From NCBI GenBank assembly GCA_964529905.1, contig CAZGXJ010000003.1, forward strand, positions 2,245-66,244: a stretch of DNA of 64,000 nucleotides, given 5' to 3'. This DNA is from an uncultured Nitrososphaeria archaeon (GTDB taxonomy: Archaea > Thermoproteota > Nitrososphaeria > Geothermarchaeales > JDFR-13). The position numbers were made by a program, and so were the translations under genes. The notes under the pieces were generated by a model that searched no databases, had not been told where the DNA came from, and worked only from the letters and a program-made list of their open reading frames with translations. Shown here in pieces: positions 9,437 through 20,212 of this stretch (its first letter is position 1; each line of letters begins with the position of its first letter).

Positions 9437-10529
9437 TACCTATATCACCCATATATTTTTCATAGGCTAGCCATCTGAGTAGGTGGTCTGCAATCACAAT
9501 AGCTGATACACTCTCTATTATCGGTACTGCTCTTATTGCTATACATGGGTCAAATCTCCCCTTTAGACGTATATCCACTTCCCTAAATTCCCTTAGGTCT
9601 ACTGTCCTCTGCCGTTTATATATCGAGGGTGTCGGCTTGAATACTACTCTAAATTTTATCGGCATACCATTTGATATCCCCCCGTTTATTCCGCCAGAAT
9701 TATTTGTTCTAGTTATTATCCTACCATTGGAAACCCTAAACTCATCGTTTGCCTCGCTCCCTCTCAACCTACCTAGTTTGAATCCTAGCCCAAACTCTAT
9801 CCCCTTAACCCCAGGTATCAGGAATATTGCCTTCGCAAGATCCCCATCTAATGTATCAATGGGAGGTTCTCCAAGCCCTATAGGTACATTTAATATGATG
9901 CCTTCTACCACTCCACCTATGCTATCTCCATCTCTCCTAACGTTCTCAATGTATCTATATATTTCTTCAGCCATATCCATTCTTGCGCATCTCACCGGGT
10001 TTCTATATACATTCCTCTCTATATCCTCAATTTCTACATCCTCCCCCACGACTAGTTTACCTACTGAGTATGTATGGGCTAATACTTTAATTCCGAATCC
10101 CTCAATAACCTTTTTTGCTATTGCCCCTGCGGCCACCATTCCAGCTGTCAATCTTCCCGAGAATATTCCACCTCCCCTATAATCGTTGTATCCATGATAT
10201 TTCATATATGCAGTGTAGTCTGCATGACTCGGTCGAGGTCTAAAGCGTATTTCTTCATAGTGTCTTGAGTCTACATCTTTATTATATATAAATATATTTA
10301 TCGGAGCTCCAGTTGTATATCCATTGAATATACCTGATAAAACATCGAATGTATCTTCTTCAATCCTCTGTGTAGATATCTTTGGATCCCTAATCCTCCT
10401 CTTCTCCAACTCCCTCCTGATATCTACATCCATAATCTTTATCCCAGGTGGGCATCCATATATCAAGGTTCCAATCCCCCTGCCATGGCTTTCACCATAG
10501 AATGTTACTTTAAACATTTTACCCAGCAA
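9429..10529 (-). CDS. aroC: Chorismate synthase
   Basis: GESHG, RPSHAD, SGRLTA, GGINGGISNG, FKPTPSI, GRFDPC. Confidence 0.97.
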   Translation of the reverse strand: MLGKMFKVTFYGESHGRGIGTLIYGCPPGIKIMDVDIRRELEKRRIRDPKISTQRIEEDTFDVLSGIFNGYTTGAPINIFIYNKDVDSRHYEEIRFRPRPSHADYTAYMKYHGYNDYRGGGIFSGRLTAGMVAAGAIAKKVIEGFGIKVLAHTYSVGKLVVGEDVEIEDIERNVYRNPVRCARMDMAEEIYRYIENVRRDGDSIGGVVEGIILNVPIGLGEPPIDTLDGDLAKAIFLIPGVKGIEFGLGFKLGRLRGSEANDEFRVSNGRIITRTNNSGGINGGISNGMPIKFRVVFKPTPSIYKRQRTVDLREFREVDIRLKGRFDPCIAIRAVPIIESVSAIVIADHLLRWLAYEKYMGDIGNG

Positions 10530-11781
10530 ACATATTCACCTCCACACCCAAACCTTTTACAAGATTTAGGAATGTGGGATATGAATCCGATATAACCTCG
10601 GTATTCAATATTTTTGAGGGTTTATCTAGGAAGAGGGATGCCGTTATGAATGCTAGAGCTATTCTATGATCTCCAAAGGAGTTGAATACGCCATTCCTTG
10701 GCCTCCCCCCTTTAATAATGATCATGTCATCCTCTCCATATACCTCTATACCCATCCTCCTTAGGTTATATATTGTGGTATACCTCCTATCCGTCTCCTT
10801 AAACTTCGTATGGTATACCCCTCTAATCACCGATGTTCCCTTGGAATAAGCAGCTAATACGGCTGTCGGTGGTAATAGATCTGGTGAATCCCTTAGATCC
10901 GCCTCAAACCCCTCCAGAAAACCTTTCTCTACATTTAATTCATCTTTATTCCAATGTACAGTTGCCCCTGCATCCCTTAAAATATCTATAAATTTTTTGT
11001 CGGGATGTGGATCTACTTTATCCAATCCCTTTATCTTTATTGATCCTCCTAATGCGCCTATTAACATTAGATATGCTGCGGATGAATAGTCTCCAGGTAT
11101 CCTTCTTTCTCCTATTGACAATTCGGACTCCTCTACATGGAAATACCTATATCCCCCTCTATAGATCTTTACACCATATTCCCTGAGACACCTCACCGTT
11201 ATATCTATATATCCTCTAGAGACTACATCGTTTATGACCTCTACGGTTAGCCCGATCTTCGTACCCATTATAAGCAATGATGTTATGTATTGTGAAGATA
11301 TGTCTCCAGATATCTTAACATATTTCTTCCTAATCCTTCCTCCATATATCTTAACGGGTAGTTTATAATCCCTAGATATAGTCCTTACACCTATCTCCTC
11401 TAGAGACTTTAATAGGTCTTTCATCGGTCTCCTCCTTAATTGGGGTTCACCATCTATTATAGTCTCTCCATTTACTAGGGATGCTACACCTATGGATATC
11501 CTAGCTGTAGTTCCAGATCTAATACAGTGGACTATATTTTTTGGTTGTATAGGCTTTCCTATTCCATGGATCTCAGGTAGTTTAACTACGCCACCAAACA
11601 TGTTTACAGCATTTATAGATGCTTCTGTATCGGTTGATATTAATGGGTTGTAAACCATATTTATACCTTTTGAGAGTAGGGAGAGGAATAGATATCTATG
11701 TGTATAGCTTTTTGAGGGTGGTGCATATACTGATGTATTAACCTCTTTAATTGGTGATATCTCGATATTTATGGATATCAC
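10519..11781 (-). CDS. aroA: EPSP synthase
   Basis: PPSKSYTHR, SGTTAR, SSQYITSLL, KETDR, DHRIA, SYP. Confidence 0.96.
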   Translation of the reverse strand: MISINIEISPIKEVNTSVYAPPSKSYTHRYLFLSLLSKGINMVYNPLISTDTEASINAVNMFGGVVKLPEIHGIGKPIQPKNIVHCIRSGTTARISIGVASLVNGETIIDGEPQLRRRPMKDLLKSLEEIGVRTISRDYKLPVKIYGGRIRKKYVKISGDISSQYITSLLIMGTKIGLTVEVINDVVSRGYIDITVRCLREYGVKIYRGGYRYFHVEESELSIGERRIPGDYSSAAYLMLIGALGGSIKIKGLDKVDPHPDKKFIDILRDAGATVHWNKDELNVEKGFLEGFEADLRDSPDLLPPTAVLAAYSKGTSVIRGVYHTKFKETDRRYTTIYNLRRMGIEVYGEDDMIIIKGGRPRNGVFNSFGDHRIALAFITASLFLDKPSKILNTEVISDSYPTFLNLVKGLGVEVNMFAG

Positions 11782-12608
11782 CTCGTAGAGGTAAGTATAT
11801 ACCTATATCCCATAAGTCCATCTATGTATCGGATCATCTCCTCCATCCCACCATCAATCATATACATCGCTGGGCCCTTACCGGATAGACCAGCTGTTAA
11901 TGGGTTAAGTTTTAGAGAGGTTAGTAGAGGATCTAAATCGTATCCGAATGCTGAGGCATAGACAAGGCCATTCAATATTGCGGCATCCATCCAGAATCCC
12001 CTTTTAAATAGGTCTATAGCCCTCTCTACTGGTTTTCTTAACATTTTGAATTCCATGTCAATATATCTCCGCGTAGGATTTCTAGATTCTCGGTAGAATA
12101 TTAATACCTCCCCATTAATATTGGCCCCTCTATAAAGTATCTTCCTATTGTAATTGTCTGTAAATACTATCCCTCCATATAGAGAAGCAGCAGCATCATC
12201 TAATGCTCCCGTCTTTGATACTCCAGCTTTTAGAGAGGTATCTACATTTAACCTTAGTATATCCCATGATTCATAGTCCAGACCTATATAGTCATATAAA
12301 GCGATTATCAATGCATTTGCAACTGAGCTACTGCTTTTCAAACCTATTTCCGGAGGTATATCGGTATATATATTTATCTCCAAATTATCTTTCAATCCAT
12401 ATATACGCCTGAATTCCTCGATAATGGTTTCCACAAGCTTATGATCTATCATCAACAATTCTCCATTTAAGTAGCTTTTTATAGTGTCTTCACCAGTCTT
12501 TCTTACATATACCTCAGTCTTTAAATCTATACCTAGCGCCGCCCCAAAACCAGTTGCAAATGCGTTTATAATTGTTACCGCGCCATGTGATTCTCCGTAT
12601 CCCTCCAT
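11778..12608 (-). CDS. aroK: Archaeal (GHMP-family) shikimate kinase
   Basis: HGAVTIINA, GLKSSSS, TGALDDA, LSGKGPA. Confidence 0.93.
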   Translation of the reverse strand: MEGYGESHGAVTIINAFATGFGAALGIDLKTEVYVRKTGEDTIKSYLNGELLMIDHKLVETIIEEFRRIYGLKDNLEINIYTDIPPEIGLKSSSSVANALIIALYDYIGLDYESWDILRLNVDTSLKAGVSKTGALDDAAASLYGGIVFTDNYNRKILYRGANINGEVLIFYRESRNPTRRYIDMEFKMLRKPVERAIDLFKRGFWMDAAILNGLVYASAFGYDLDPLLTSLKLNPLTAGLSGKGPAMYMIDGGMEEMIRYIDGLMGYRYILTSTR

Positions 12609-13438
12609 ATATATCCACCTCTAACTAAGTATCGCCTTAACTCAGTTGCATCTATGGTTTTTCCGAACCATATCTTTACAGCTTCTAGAGCTTGATATAT
12701 TAACATCCATAGTCCATCTATCGATAATCCACCTTTCTCTAAAGCGGATCTTAGGAGGGGAGTTTTCAGGGGTCTATATACCATGTCAAAATATATTATT
12801 CCCTCGACTATCAAGTCTTCCGGTATGATGCTTCCCCTAGTATCCATACCTACAGGAGTCGCATTTACTACTAGATCTGCCTTCCTAAGGAGTGATTTCA
12901 GGTATTCCCTATTCAAAGGATATATATCTATCTCAAACCCAAATCTTTCAAACCTTTTTTTAACTTTAAGGGCATTTTCAAATGTCCTATTCAACGCTAC
13001 GACTCTTTTCGAGATGTCTTTCAAGGCATATATTGCAGCCCTCCCAGCCCCCCCTACACCTATTACGATGGCTCTATCCAAATTTTTTATATTGAAATGT
13101 TCTAAAGATTTTTTGACTCCTATCCAGTCTGTATTATATCCAATAAATCCCTTGTTTCCCTTCTTAACAGTATTTACAGCATCTATTATCTCTACTTCTT
13201 TAGATATCCCATTTAGAAATTGTATCACCACTTTTTTCAAAGGCATGGTAACGTTGAATCCATCATATATTCTTAGTATGTGTGATAGCCTCTCTCCTAG
13301 TCTATCTATCTTGACCTCCTCCAAAGTGTATTCAGCATCTATATTTAATTTATTGAAGGTATAAGCCATTATAACTGGGCTTAAACTATGGGATATGGGA
13401 TATCCTATCAGACAGTATCTATGTCTAGCCATCTCCAT
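12575..13438 (-). CDS. aroE: Shikimate dehydrogenase
   Basis: GYPISHSLSP, NVTMPLK, AVNT, YNTD, GVGGAGRA, NATPVG; ATG at 13438 follows GGAGG. Confidence 0.95.
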   Translation of the reverse strand: MEMARHRYCLIGYPISHSLSPVIMAYTFNKLNIDAEYTLEEVKIDRLGERLSHILRIYDGFNVTMPLKKVVIQFLNGISKEVEIIDAVNTVKKGNKGFIGYNTDWIGVKKSLEHFNIKNLDRAIVIGVGGAGRAAIYALKDISKRVVALNRTFENALKVKKRFERFGFEIDIYPLNREYLKSLLRKADLVVNATPVGMDTRGSIIPEDLIVEGIIYFDMVYRPLKTPLLRSALEKGGLSIDGLWMLIYQALEAVKIWFGKTIDATELRRYLVRGGYIWRDTENHMAR

Positions 13439-14114
13439 ATACCTCCTCCAACTTCCTGATAAATTCATGATAACTTGTCTGCCCAGGGGCTGTGTAGTAG
13501 TTCTTATAGGATGTATATGTTATATAACCTCCAAGTATGATACTGATATACCTAGTTTCGATTCCCTTAATCCCCATATTGAAGGCTATAAGTGGTGGCC
13601 CTTCAAGATGTCTTAATAAAAACTCAATTATTCTACAGTTGTCTTCCCTCTCCCTGGTTCTACACACCACCTTTATTACATCAGGATCATAATTCAATAT
13701 CCTATTATATATCCGCTCCAATTCATCCATATCAGGTGTATATTCTATGTTGTGATACGACACTATTATTCCTACTCCTTTCTTCATCGCATATCCCACT
13801 ATCCTCTCTGTTATTCCAGTGTCCAATCCTATATCAATATATAAAGGTTGGAGGTCCACCAAATTGACGTATTTATGGTATAGTTCATCAGGTGGGCCTA
13901 TGTAGGATCCACCCTCCATATATGTCCTAATCGTGAATATAGTCCTCTTTAATAGCTTCCTAGGATATTGATCTTTAAAGCGGTCAAAATCGTTAAAGTT
14001 ATCTAGTCTAACCTCTATCATAGGTTCGGAAGGTATTTCATCTAGAATATTATGTAAGTCTCTCAGGTCTTTAGGCATTATCGATATACATATCTTATTG
14101 TATATATCTCTCAT
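13425..14114 (-). CDS. aroD: Type I 3-dehydroquinate dehydratase
   Basis: EVRLD, IFTIR..EGG, IVSYHN, DVIKV, TAPGQ. Confidence 0.93.
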   Translation of the reverse strand: MRDIYNKICISIMPKDLRDLHNILDEIPSEPMIEVRLDNFNDFDRFKDQYPRKLLKRTIFTIRTYMEGGSYIGPPDELYHKYVNLVDLQPLYIDIGLDTGITERIVGYAMKKGVGIIVSYHNIEYTPDMDELERIYNRILNYDPDVIKVVCRTREREDNCRIIEFLLRHLEGPPLIAFNMGIKGIETRYISIILGGYITYTSYKNYYTAPGQTSYHEFIRKLEEVYGDG

Positions 14115-15153
14115 TTAGGATCTCCTTTAATTCATTCTCTTCTATCTGGTATACTCCCCATTCTCCTATGTCCCTGAGTAGGATAAATGTAGGTTTTCCC
14201 GCCCAATTTTTCTTATCCATCTTTATCCAGGGTATGAGGGCTGTTAGATCTATATCTATCCCATATCTCTGTTTATACCTCCTAAGTATATCTAATACTT
14301 CATAGTACTTATCGAATCCAACCTTTATCCTGCTTATATATGATTCTAAAGCTATTCCTATGGATACGGCTTCACCGTGGGGAATGTTATAGTCTAGATA
14401 TGCCTCCAATGCATGGCCAACTGTATGTCCGAAGTTTAGACATCTCCTTAATCCCTTCTCCTTGAAATCCTTGTGGATTATTGATAGTTTGAAGTTTATG
14501 CTTAGAAACAAGATCTCGTCGAATATCCTCTTATCTTCCAATGTCCTCTCTAAACTATTTCTATAGAGAAGTCTATATAGTTTTCCATTGGATATTAGTG
14601 AATGTTTAATTATTTCTGAGAAGCCTTCGATCAATAATTTTTTTGGTAAGGTATCCAATAGATCAGGGTCGATTAGGGTGGCTATGGGTATATGGAATGA
14701 ACCTATTATGTTTTTACCCATGAAATCTATCCCTGTCTTCCCCCCTATCGAGGAGTCTGCCTGAGCTAGTAGAGTTGTAGGTATGTTGATCCAATCTATG
14801 CCTCTCATATATGTAGAGGATATGAATCCAGTTAAGTCGCCTATCCCACCTCCTCCTATGGCAACCAACAATGATTTCCTATTAAATTCATTAACATATA
14901 GCTCCCTCCATATGTCTATGGCCTGTTCTATATTTTTAGCCTTTCTTGGATCTTTAACGGTATAGATTAGTTCAGGTTTAACATCTCTTGTTATATCTTT
15001 TAGCCATCTTAGACCCATTCTATATATCTCTCCATCAACTATAAAACCTGTCTTGCTCGGGTTTATGTTCTCTATCAAATCTTTCAATGTATATATTGAT
15101 CCACGTCCAAATATCACCTTACCCGTTAGATGTCTCAACTCTTTAATAGACAT
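14095..15153 (-). CDS. aroB: 3-dehydroquinate synthase
   Basis: GGGGIGDLTGF, PTTLLAQADSSIGGKTG, LNFGHTVGHALE, HGEAV. Confidence 0.96.
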   Translation of the reverse strand: MSIKELRHLTGKVIFGRGSIYTLKDLIENINPSKTGFIVDGEIYRMGLRWLKDITRDVKPELIYTVKDPRKAKNIEQAIDIWRELYVNEFNRKSLLVAIGGGGIGDLTGFISSTYMRGIDWINIPTTLLAQADSSIGGKTGIDFMGKNIIGSFHIPIATLIDPDLLDTLPKKLLIEGFSEIIKHSLISNGKLYRLLYRNSLERTLEDKRIFDEILFLSINFKLSIIHKDFKEKGLRRCLNFGHTVGHALEAYLDYNIPHGEAVSIGIALESYISRIKVGFDKYYEVLDILRRYKQRYGIDIDLTALIPWIKMDKKNWAGKPTFILLRDIGEWGVYQIEENELKEILNERYIQ

Positions 15154-15932
15154 CTCCTCACCTCCGATACTAATTCTCTATACATATCTGGGGTGATCTG
15201 TTGTTTTGAGTCGGATAAAGCATTATCCGGGTCTGGATGGACCTCAACCATTAATCCATCTGGACCTATACATGCACTTGCCTTTGCTAGAGGTATGACT
15301 AGGTTCCTCCTCCCTGCTGGGTGTGATACATCCACTATTATTGGTAGATGTGTCCTCTCTCTCAGTGATGGGACTGCTGCGATATCTAAGGTAAATCTAC
15401 TGTGTTTGACAAATGTCCTTATCCCTCTTTCGCATAGGATGACATCTTCATTTCCATTACTCATAATGTATTCCGCGGCATAGAGCCACTCATCCAATGT
15501 CGCAGATAATCCCCTCTTAAGTAGGATAGGTCTATCTATTTTTCCAAGTTCTTTTAAGAATGGATAGTTATACATATTTCTTGCTCCGACTTGAATTATA
15601 TCCAGATCTTCTCCATACTTCTCTAACTGCCTAATATCCAGAATCTCACTTACGATTGGTATCCCATATCTCTCCCTTATCTTCCTAAGTATCTTTATAC
15701 CTTCTTCTCCAAGACCTTGGAATGTGTATGGTGATGTTCGAGGTTTAAAGGCTCCTCCTCTCAGTATATCTATTCCAATCTCTATTAATTGATCTACTAC
15801 CTCTTCCATCTGCTCCATACTCTCGACTGAGCAGGGCCCAGCTATGAATATAAATCCTTCTCCTATTTTTACATCTCCAACCTCTATAACGGTCTTCTCT
15901 TTATATTCTTTGGAGGTATATCTAAAGCCCAT
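15135..15932 (-). CDS. aroF: DAHP synthase, class I-beta
   Basis: IAGPCSVES, RGGAFKPRTSPY, QVGARNM, LLKRG, LCERGIRTF, DVSH, SDSKQ. Confidence 0.96.
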   Translation of the reverse strand: MGFRYTSKEYKEKTVIEVGDVKIGEGFIFIAGPCSVESMEQMEEVVDQLIEIGIDILRGGAFKPRTSPYTFQGLGEEGIKILRKIRERYGIPIVSEILDIRQLEKYGEDLDIIQVGARNMYNYPFLKELGKIDRPILLKRGLSATLDEWLYAAEYIMSNGNEDVILCERGIRTFVKHSRFTLDIAAVPSLRERTHLPIIVDVSHPAGRRNLVIPLAKASACIGPDGLMVEVHPDPDNALSDSKQQITPDMYRELVSEVRRCLLKS

Positions 15933-16854
15933 TTAATATCACCAATATTTTCTTGGAGAGTTGTTCAGGGGTTAACCCCATATATCTAAGGAGGTCTATA
16001 TAGTTTAGTTCCCCAACTCCAAATCTATCTTCTATACCTAGTCTAAAGACATATTTAGGACTTGTCATAGATAGGTACTCGGCTATAGCGGATCCTAACC
16101 CACAGTATACGCTGTGGTCCTCAATAACGAAGATGGGGTTATCCACATCTTTTAATACCTCCCTATCCAAAGGTTTTATTGTATGCATATCTACAACTCT
16201 GGCTCTATATCCCCTTCTCCTCAATAGTTTAGATACCTCCAATGCTATAGGAGTCATTGATCCATGGGATACTAGTGTAAGGTCCTCTCCATCCATCAAT
16301 ATATTGGCTTTACCAAGTATAACCTCATCCTCCTCTTCATAAATCTTAGTGGCATTATCCCTACCGAGTCTAATATATGCGGGCCCATCTAAATCTATCA
16401 CCTGTCTTAATAGGCTCTTAGTTGATATAATATCGGAGGGAGACACTACTTTAAAGTTTGGGAGTATCCTCATCAAACCTATATCTTCAAGGCATTGGTG
16501 AGATGCTCCGTCTAGAAAATCTGAGAGGCCTGAATGTGTACCAATTATCTTTACATTTAGACTATCTCTAGCAATGGTATTTCTAATCTGTTCCCATCCC
16601 CTCATTATAAACATTGAATATGAAATTATAAGTGGTATTTTTCCTCCTATAGCCAAACCAGCGGCTGTTCCTATTGCATCCTGTTCACTTATACCTACCT
16701 GTATAAATCGATCTGGATATCTCTCCTTGAAATAGTGGCTCTTTGTGGATTTGGAGAGGTCCGTATCTACTACATATAGATCTCTATATATCATACCAAT
16801 ATCTACCAAGGTCCTACCTAAAACCTCCCTAAAACTACCACTAAAATCCAGCAT
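15922..16854 (-). CDS. Transketolase, C-terminal subunit
   Basis: DLSKST, GISEQ, DGASHQ, YIRLGR, TIKPLD, EDH; in-frame start could extend to 16890. Confidence 0.92.
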   Translation of the reverse strand: MLDFSGSFREVLGRTLVDIGMIYRDLYVVDTDLSKSTKSHYFKERYPDRFIQVGISEQDAIGTAAGLAIGGKIPLIISYSMFIMRGWEQIRNTIARDSLNVKIIGTHSGLSDFLDGASHQCLEDIGLMRILPNFKVVSPSDIISTKSLLRQVIDLDGPAYIRLGRDNATKIYEEEDEVILGKANILMDGEDLTLVSHGSMTPIALEVSKLLRRRGYRARVVDMHTIKPLDREVLKDVDNPIFVIEDHSVYCGLGSAIAEYLSMTSPKYVFRLGIEDRFGVGELNYIDLLRYMGLTPEQLSKKILVILNGL

Positions 16855-16877
16855 ATCAAATACCCCTTGAATATCTA

Positions 16878-17873
16878 TCAGCTGGGCCATGTATCAACAA
16901 TTAATGCCTTGGGTGTTCCACATATCTCGGAGAATTTTGATAAGCTAGAGATAATCTTTTTCACATTATTGGGTATTCTATCAACCAACCATCCAAAGGA
17001 TCTTAGCCTCTCCTCAATAGATTCTTTCACCTTTATATCTTCGGTATATCCCGTTAACTGGTGGAAGTTCCTATCTATAAGTAGTATTATGTTATCTAGT
17101 TTATGGCTTGAAGCTGTGGATAATGCCTCCCAAAACATACCCTCATCCAATTCCCCATCACCCATAATTACATATACATCATCCATTATACCCTCACTTT
17201 TAAGGGCTATAGCCAATCCATTTGCAATTGATAATCCCTGGCCCAGTGAACCTGTTGACACCATAACCAATGGACAGCCCTTAACAGGGTGTGTCTGTAT
17301 AAAAGATTTCGATGTGAATGCCCCTTTAAAATCGATATCCCTTAACAATCCATAATGTTTTAATACCGCATATAGAGCTGGAGCGGCATGCCCCTTACTT
17401 AAAACAATTCTAGTATCCCAAATATCCCTACCTAACAATTTCCTTGTCTCGAATATTGAATATATGATGTTCAGGGAGGTTATTGATGAAAAACTGTGGA
17501 AACCGTTGACCATCCTCAGTAAATCTCTCAATATATGATTTACACTGTTAATACCATCCATAGCCTCCTTTTCTGTACGATCTACTTCACATTCTAACCC
17601 AACTACTTTCACTACTTTATATCCAAGCCCAGTCAATCTAACCATCTTCTTTCCATTCCATCCTACTCTCTCTATTAATCCCCATTCTAGGAGACTTTTA
17701 GAATTAAACTTTAGTGTTGACAGTGGTATTCCCTTTTCCTCCGATATTCTATGGAGGATCCATGTAAGTGATCTATTACTGGTCTCTGCAACCCTCCTTA
17801 GGATCTCTATATGCTTATCATTTAAGACCTTTAGGAGGAAGGGTCTGACTTCATCCTCCGTGAACCTATTCAT
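16878..17873 (-). CDS. Transketolase N-terminal subunit fused to an N-terminal winged-helix domain
   Basis: LSKGHAAPALY, STGSLGQG, GDGELDEG...N ThDP motif; first ~92 aa show a wHTH pattern. Confidence 0.85.
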   Translation of the reverse strand: MNRFTEDEVRPFLLKVLNDKHIEILRRVAETSNRSLTWILHRISEEKGIPLSTLKFNSKSLLEWGLIERVGWNGKKMVRLTGLGYKVVKVVGLECEVDRTEKEAMDGINSVNHILRDLLRMVNGFHSFSSITSLNIIYSIFETRKLLGRDIWDTRIVLSKGHAAPALYAVLKHYGLLRDIDFKGAFTSKSFIQTHPVKGCPLVMVSTGSLGQGLSIANGLAIALKSEGIMDDVYVIMGDGELDEGMFWEALSTASSHKLDNIILLIDRNFHQLTGYTEDIKVKESIEERLRSFGWLVDRIPNNVKKIISSLSKFSEICGTPKALIVDTWPS

Positions 17874-17976
17874 AGATATTGGCGTTTCATCACCTTTCCA
17901 CCATAGATAGCTCGTTAAAGAAAATGGTATATATTAAGATATTTAAAGTTTTTGGGCAATCCAGTTTGACCATAAG

Positions 17977-19116
17977 TTAGTCAAGGCTGTTTAACAGATC
18001 CTCTATTCTTTCTAATCCTTCATAAATATCCTCCTCATATATCCCAGCTGAGAACCTTATGAAATCGTTATATCCACCGAAGGATGAACCAGGCGCTACC
18101 CCAACATATTTTTCGTAGACTAACCTATATATAAATTCATTAATCTTATCCTTCTCTAGAGGTGGCTTTGCAAATATATAGAAGGTTGCCTTAGGCTCCA
18201 CGAATTTGAACCCAAGTCTCCTTAATCCTTTAGATAGGATATTGACTCTTTTTCCATATATCCTCCTAACCCTCTCCACATATCCATCATCGTTTAAAGC
18301 TTCTATACCTGCATATTGTATAAATTCGGGGATATTCGTATAGGAATACTGGGCTATCCTTGCCAATCTATTAATGATCTCATCCTTTGCAACAACCCAT
18401 CCCAGCCTAAATCCCGTTAGTCCATGGCTTTTAGATAGGCTGAAGAGCACTACTGCCTTCTCATATTCATATCCAAGTATTGAACTATGCCTATTTCCTC
18501 TATCTAGGATGGTCTCAAAGTACACCTCATCGCTTATTATATATGCATCCTTCTCAGCGACTATATCCATTATAGTGTCTAAAATATTTTTTGGATAAAT
18601 TGCTCCCGTTGGATTGACTGGATTATTTAGTATTAAGAGGTGGAAATCAAGCTCTTCTAATTTATTTAATGAGTCATGGGGTATCCATCCATCTTCAAAT
18701 CTAGTTCCTATTGTCTCGATCTTGATGTTATACATATTCAATATTCCTCTATATGCGCTCCAAGAGGGATCTATTAATATAGCGTTCGATATCTCTCTCC
18801 TGTTCAATTCTATAAACATTTTTAAACCAGATTTACTTCCAGGTGTAACCAATATTTCATCTATACCTTTTTCTATACCGAGTTTCCTCCATAAGTAATT
18901 TAATATTTCCCTCCTAAACTCATATAGGCCATATGGACTTCCATAATGTATATATCCATCCAAAGTTTTTCTATACAAAACATCTATTATCCTTTTATTT
19001 ATGGGTAGATATGGGTCTCCAACCTCGAAATGTATAACCTTTAATCCCCTCCTCTCCATATCCTTAATGGCGTTGAATATATCATAGTGGGATAATCCCC
19101 TACCATATACCGCCAT
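17977..19116 (-). CDS. PLP-dependent aminotransferase class I/II, probably aromatic/aspartate
   Basis: NNPVNPTG, ISDEVY, SLSKSHGLTGFRLG; co-oriented upstream of the aro genes. Confidence 0.9.
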   Translation of the reverse strand: MAVYGRGLSHYDIFNAIKDMERRGLKVIHFEVGDPYLPINKRIIDVLYRKTLDGYIHYGSPYGLYEFRREILNYLWRKLGIEKGIDEILVTPGSKSGLKMFIELNRREISNAILIDPSWSAYRGILNMYNIKIETIGTRFEDGWIPHDSLNKLEELDFHLLILNNPVNPTGAIYPKNILDTIMDIVAEKDAYIISDEVYFETILDRGNRHSSILGYEYEKAVVLFSLSKSHGLTGFRLGWVVAKDEIINRLARIAQYSYTNIPEFIQYAGIEALNDDGYVERVRRIYGKRVNILSKGLRRLGFKFVEPKATFYIFAKPPLEKDKINEFIYRLVYEKYVGVAPGSSFGGYNDFIRFSAGIYEEDIYEGLERIEDLLNSLD

Positions 19117-19312
19117 AAATAAAGGGATAGAAACAGAAAGATATTTATCAGTTAGTTTTGGAAATGATTTATTGAACTGATGATAATAGTAAATTGAAGA
19201 AGATTTATAAATTTTATTAGGATATATATATCCATGAATCTTTATTATCTCCTAATTATGAAATAAATATATCTATATTTATTTATATGATTGAAAAATT
19301 ATTATTAATGAG

Positions 19313-20206
19313 ATGAATCTGGATAACTATGTTTTACAAGTTGTAATTGATGTAGGTAGTATAATCTTGGCGATAGTCATAGTGGCGGTACTAGTTCTCC
19401 TACTCAACGCCTCTATACGAGTAGTAAGGGAGTATGAGAGGGTGGTAGTATTTAGGCTTGGTAGAGCTATAGGAGTTAAGGGTCCTGGCGTAGTCTTCCT
19501 AATACCATTCATTGATAGGCCTGTTAAGGTTGATCTTAGGGAGCAGTTTATAGAGGTCTCTAGGCAGACATGTATAACTAGGGATAATGCACCTGTAGAT
19601 ATAGATTTTCTAATATACTTTAAAGTTTTGGATCCCCTCGGAAGCGTCTTAAACGTTAGGGATTTTAAAGGGGCTGCAACCGGTATTGCAACTACAACCC
19701 TTAGAGCGGTTATAGGTGATATTGATCTGGACTCTGTATTGGCTAGGAGGGAGGAGATAAACAATATTTTGAGGGTTAAGCTGGATGAAGTGACTGGTAG
19801 ATGGGGTGTAAAGATAACTACGGTTGAGATTAGGGAGATAACGCCTCCTAAGGATGTTCAGGAGGCGATGATTCGCCAGATGAGTGCTGAGCGTAATAGA
19901 AGGGCTATGGTGACAGAGGCTGAAGGTAAGAAGGAGTCTGCTATTAGGGTTGCTGAGGGTGAGAAGGAAGGTGCTATTTTAAGGGCTGAGGGTGAGAGGC
20001 AAGCCCTTATTCTAAAGGCTGAGGGATATGCACTAGCCCTTAAAAAGATTCTAGAGGTCGCCAAGGAGCTTGACAAAAATACTATGGCTCTCCAGTATAT
20101 GGAGGTTTTAAAGGAGATGGCTAAGGGTGAAGCCACCAAGATAGTATTACCACTTGAGCTAACTAAATTAATTGAGGATATGAAGAATTTCTTTAGTGGA
20201 GAGTAG
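19313..20206 (+). CDS. SPFH/stomatin (band 7) protein
   Basis: N-terminal TM, EYERVVVFRLG, TTLRAVIG, WGVKITTVEI, AERNRRA. Confidence 0.95.
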   Translation: MNLDNYVLQVVIDVGSIILAIVIVAVLVLLLNASIRVVREYERVVVFRLGRAIGVKGPGVVFLIPFIDRPVKVDLREQFIEVSRQTCITRDNAPVDIDFLIYFKVLDPLGSVLNVRDFKGAATGIATTTLRAVIGDIDLDSVLARREEINNILRVKLDEVTGRWGVKITTVEIREITPPKDVQEAMIRQMSAERNRRAMVTEAEGKKESAIRVAEGEKEGAILRAEGERQALILKAEGYALALKKILEVAKELDKNTMALQYMEVLKEMAKGEATKIVLPLELTKLIEDMKNFFSGE

Positions 20207-20212
20207 AGGGGT

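Noticed and set aside
19160..19200. Possible C/D-box sRNA (atgattt...ctga tgat...ttga)
   Set aside because: The boxes are degenerate and the region is simply an AT-rich divergent promoter
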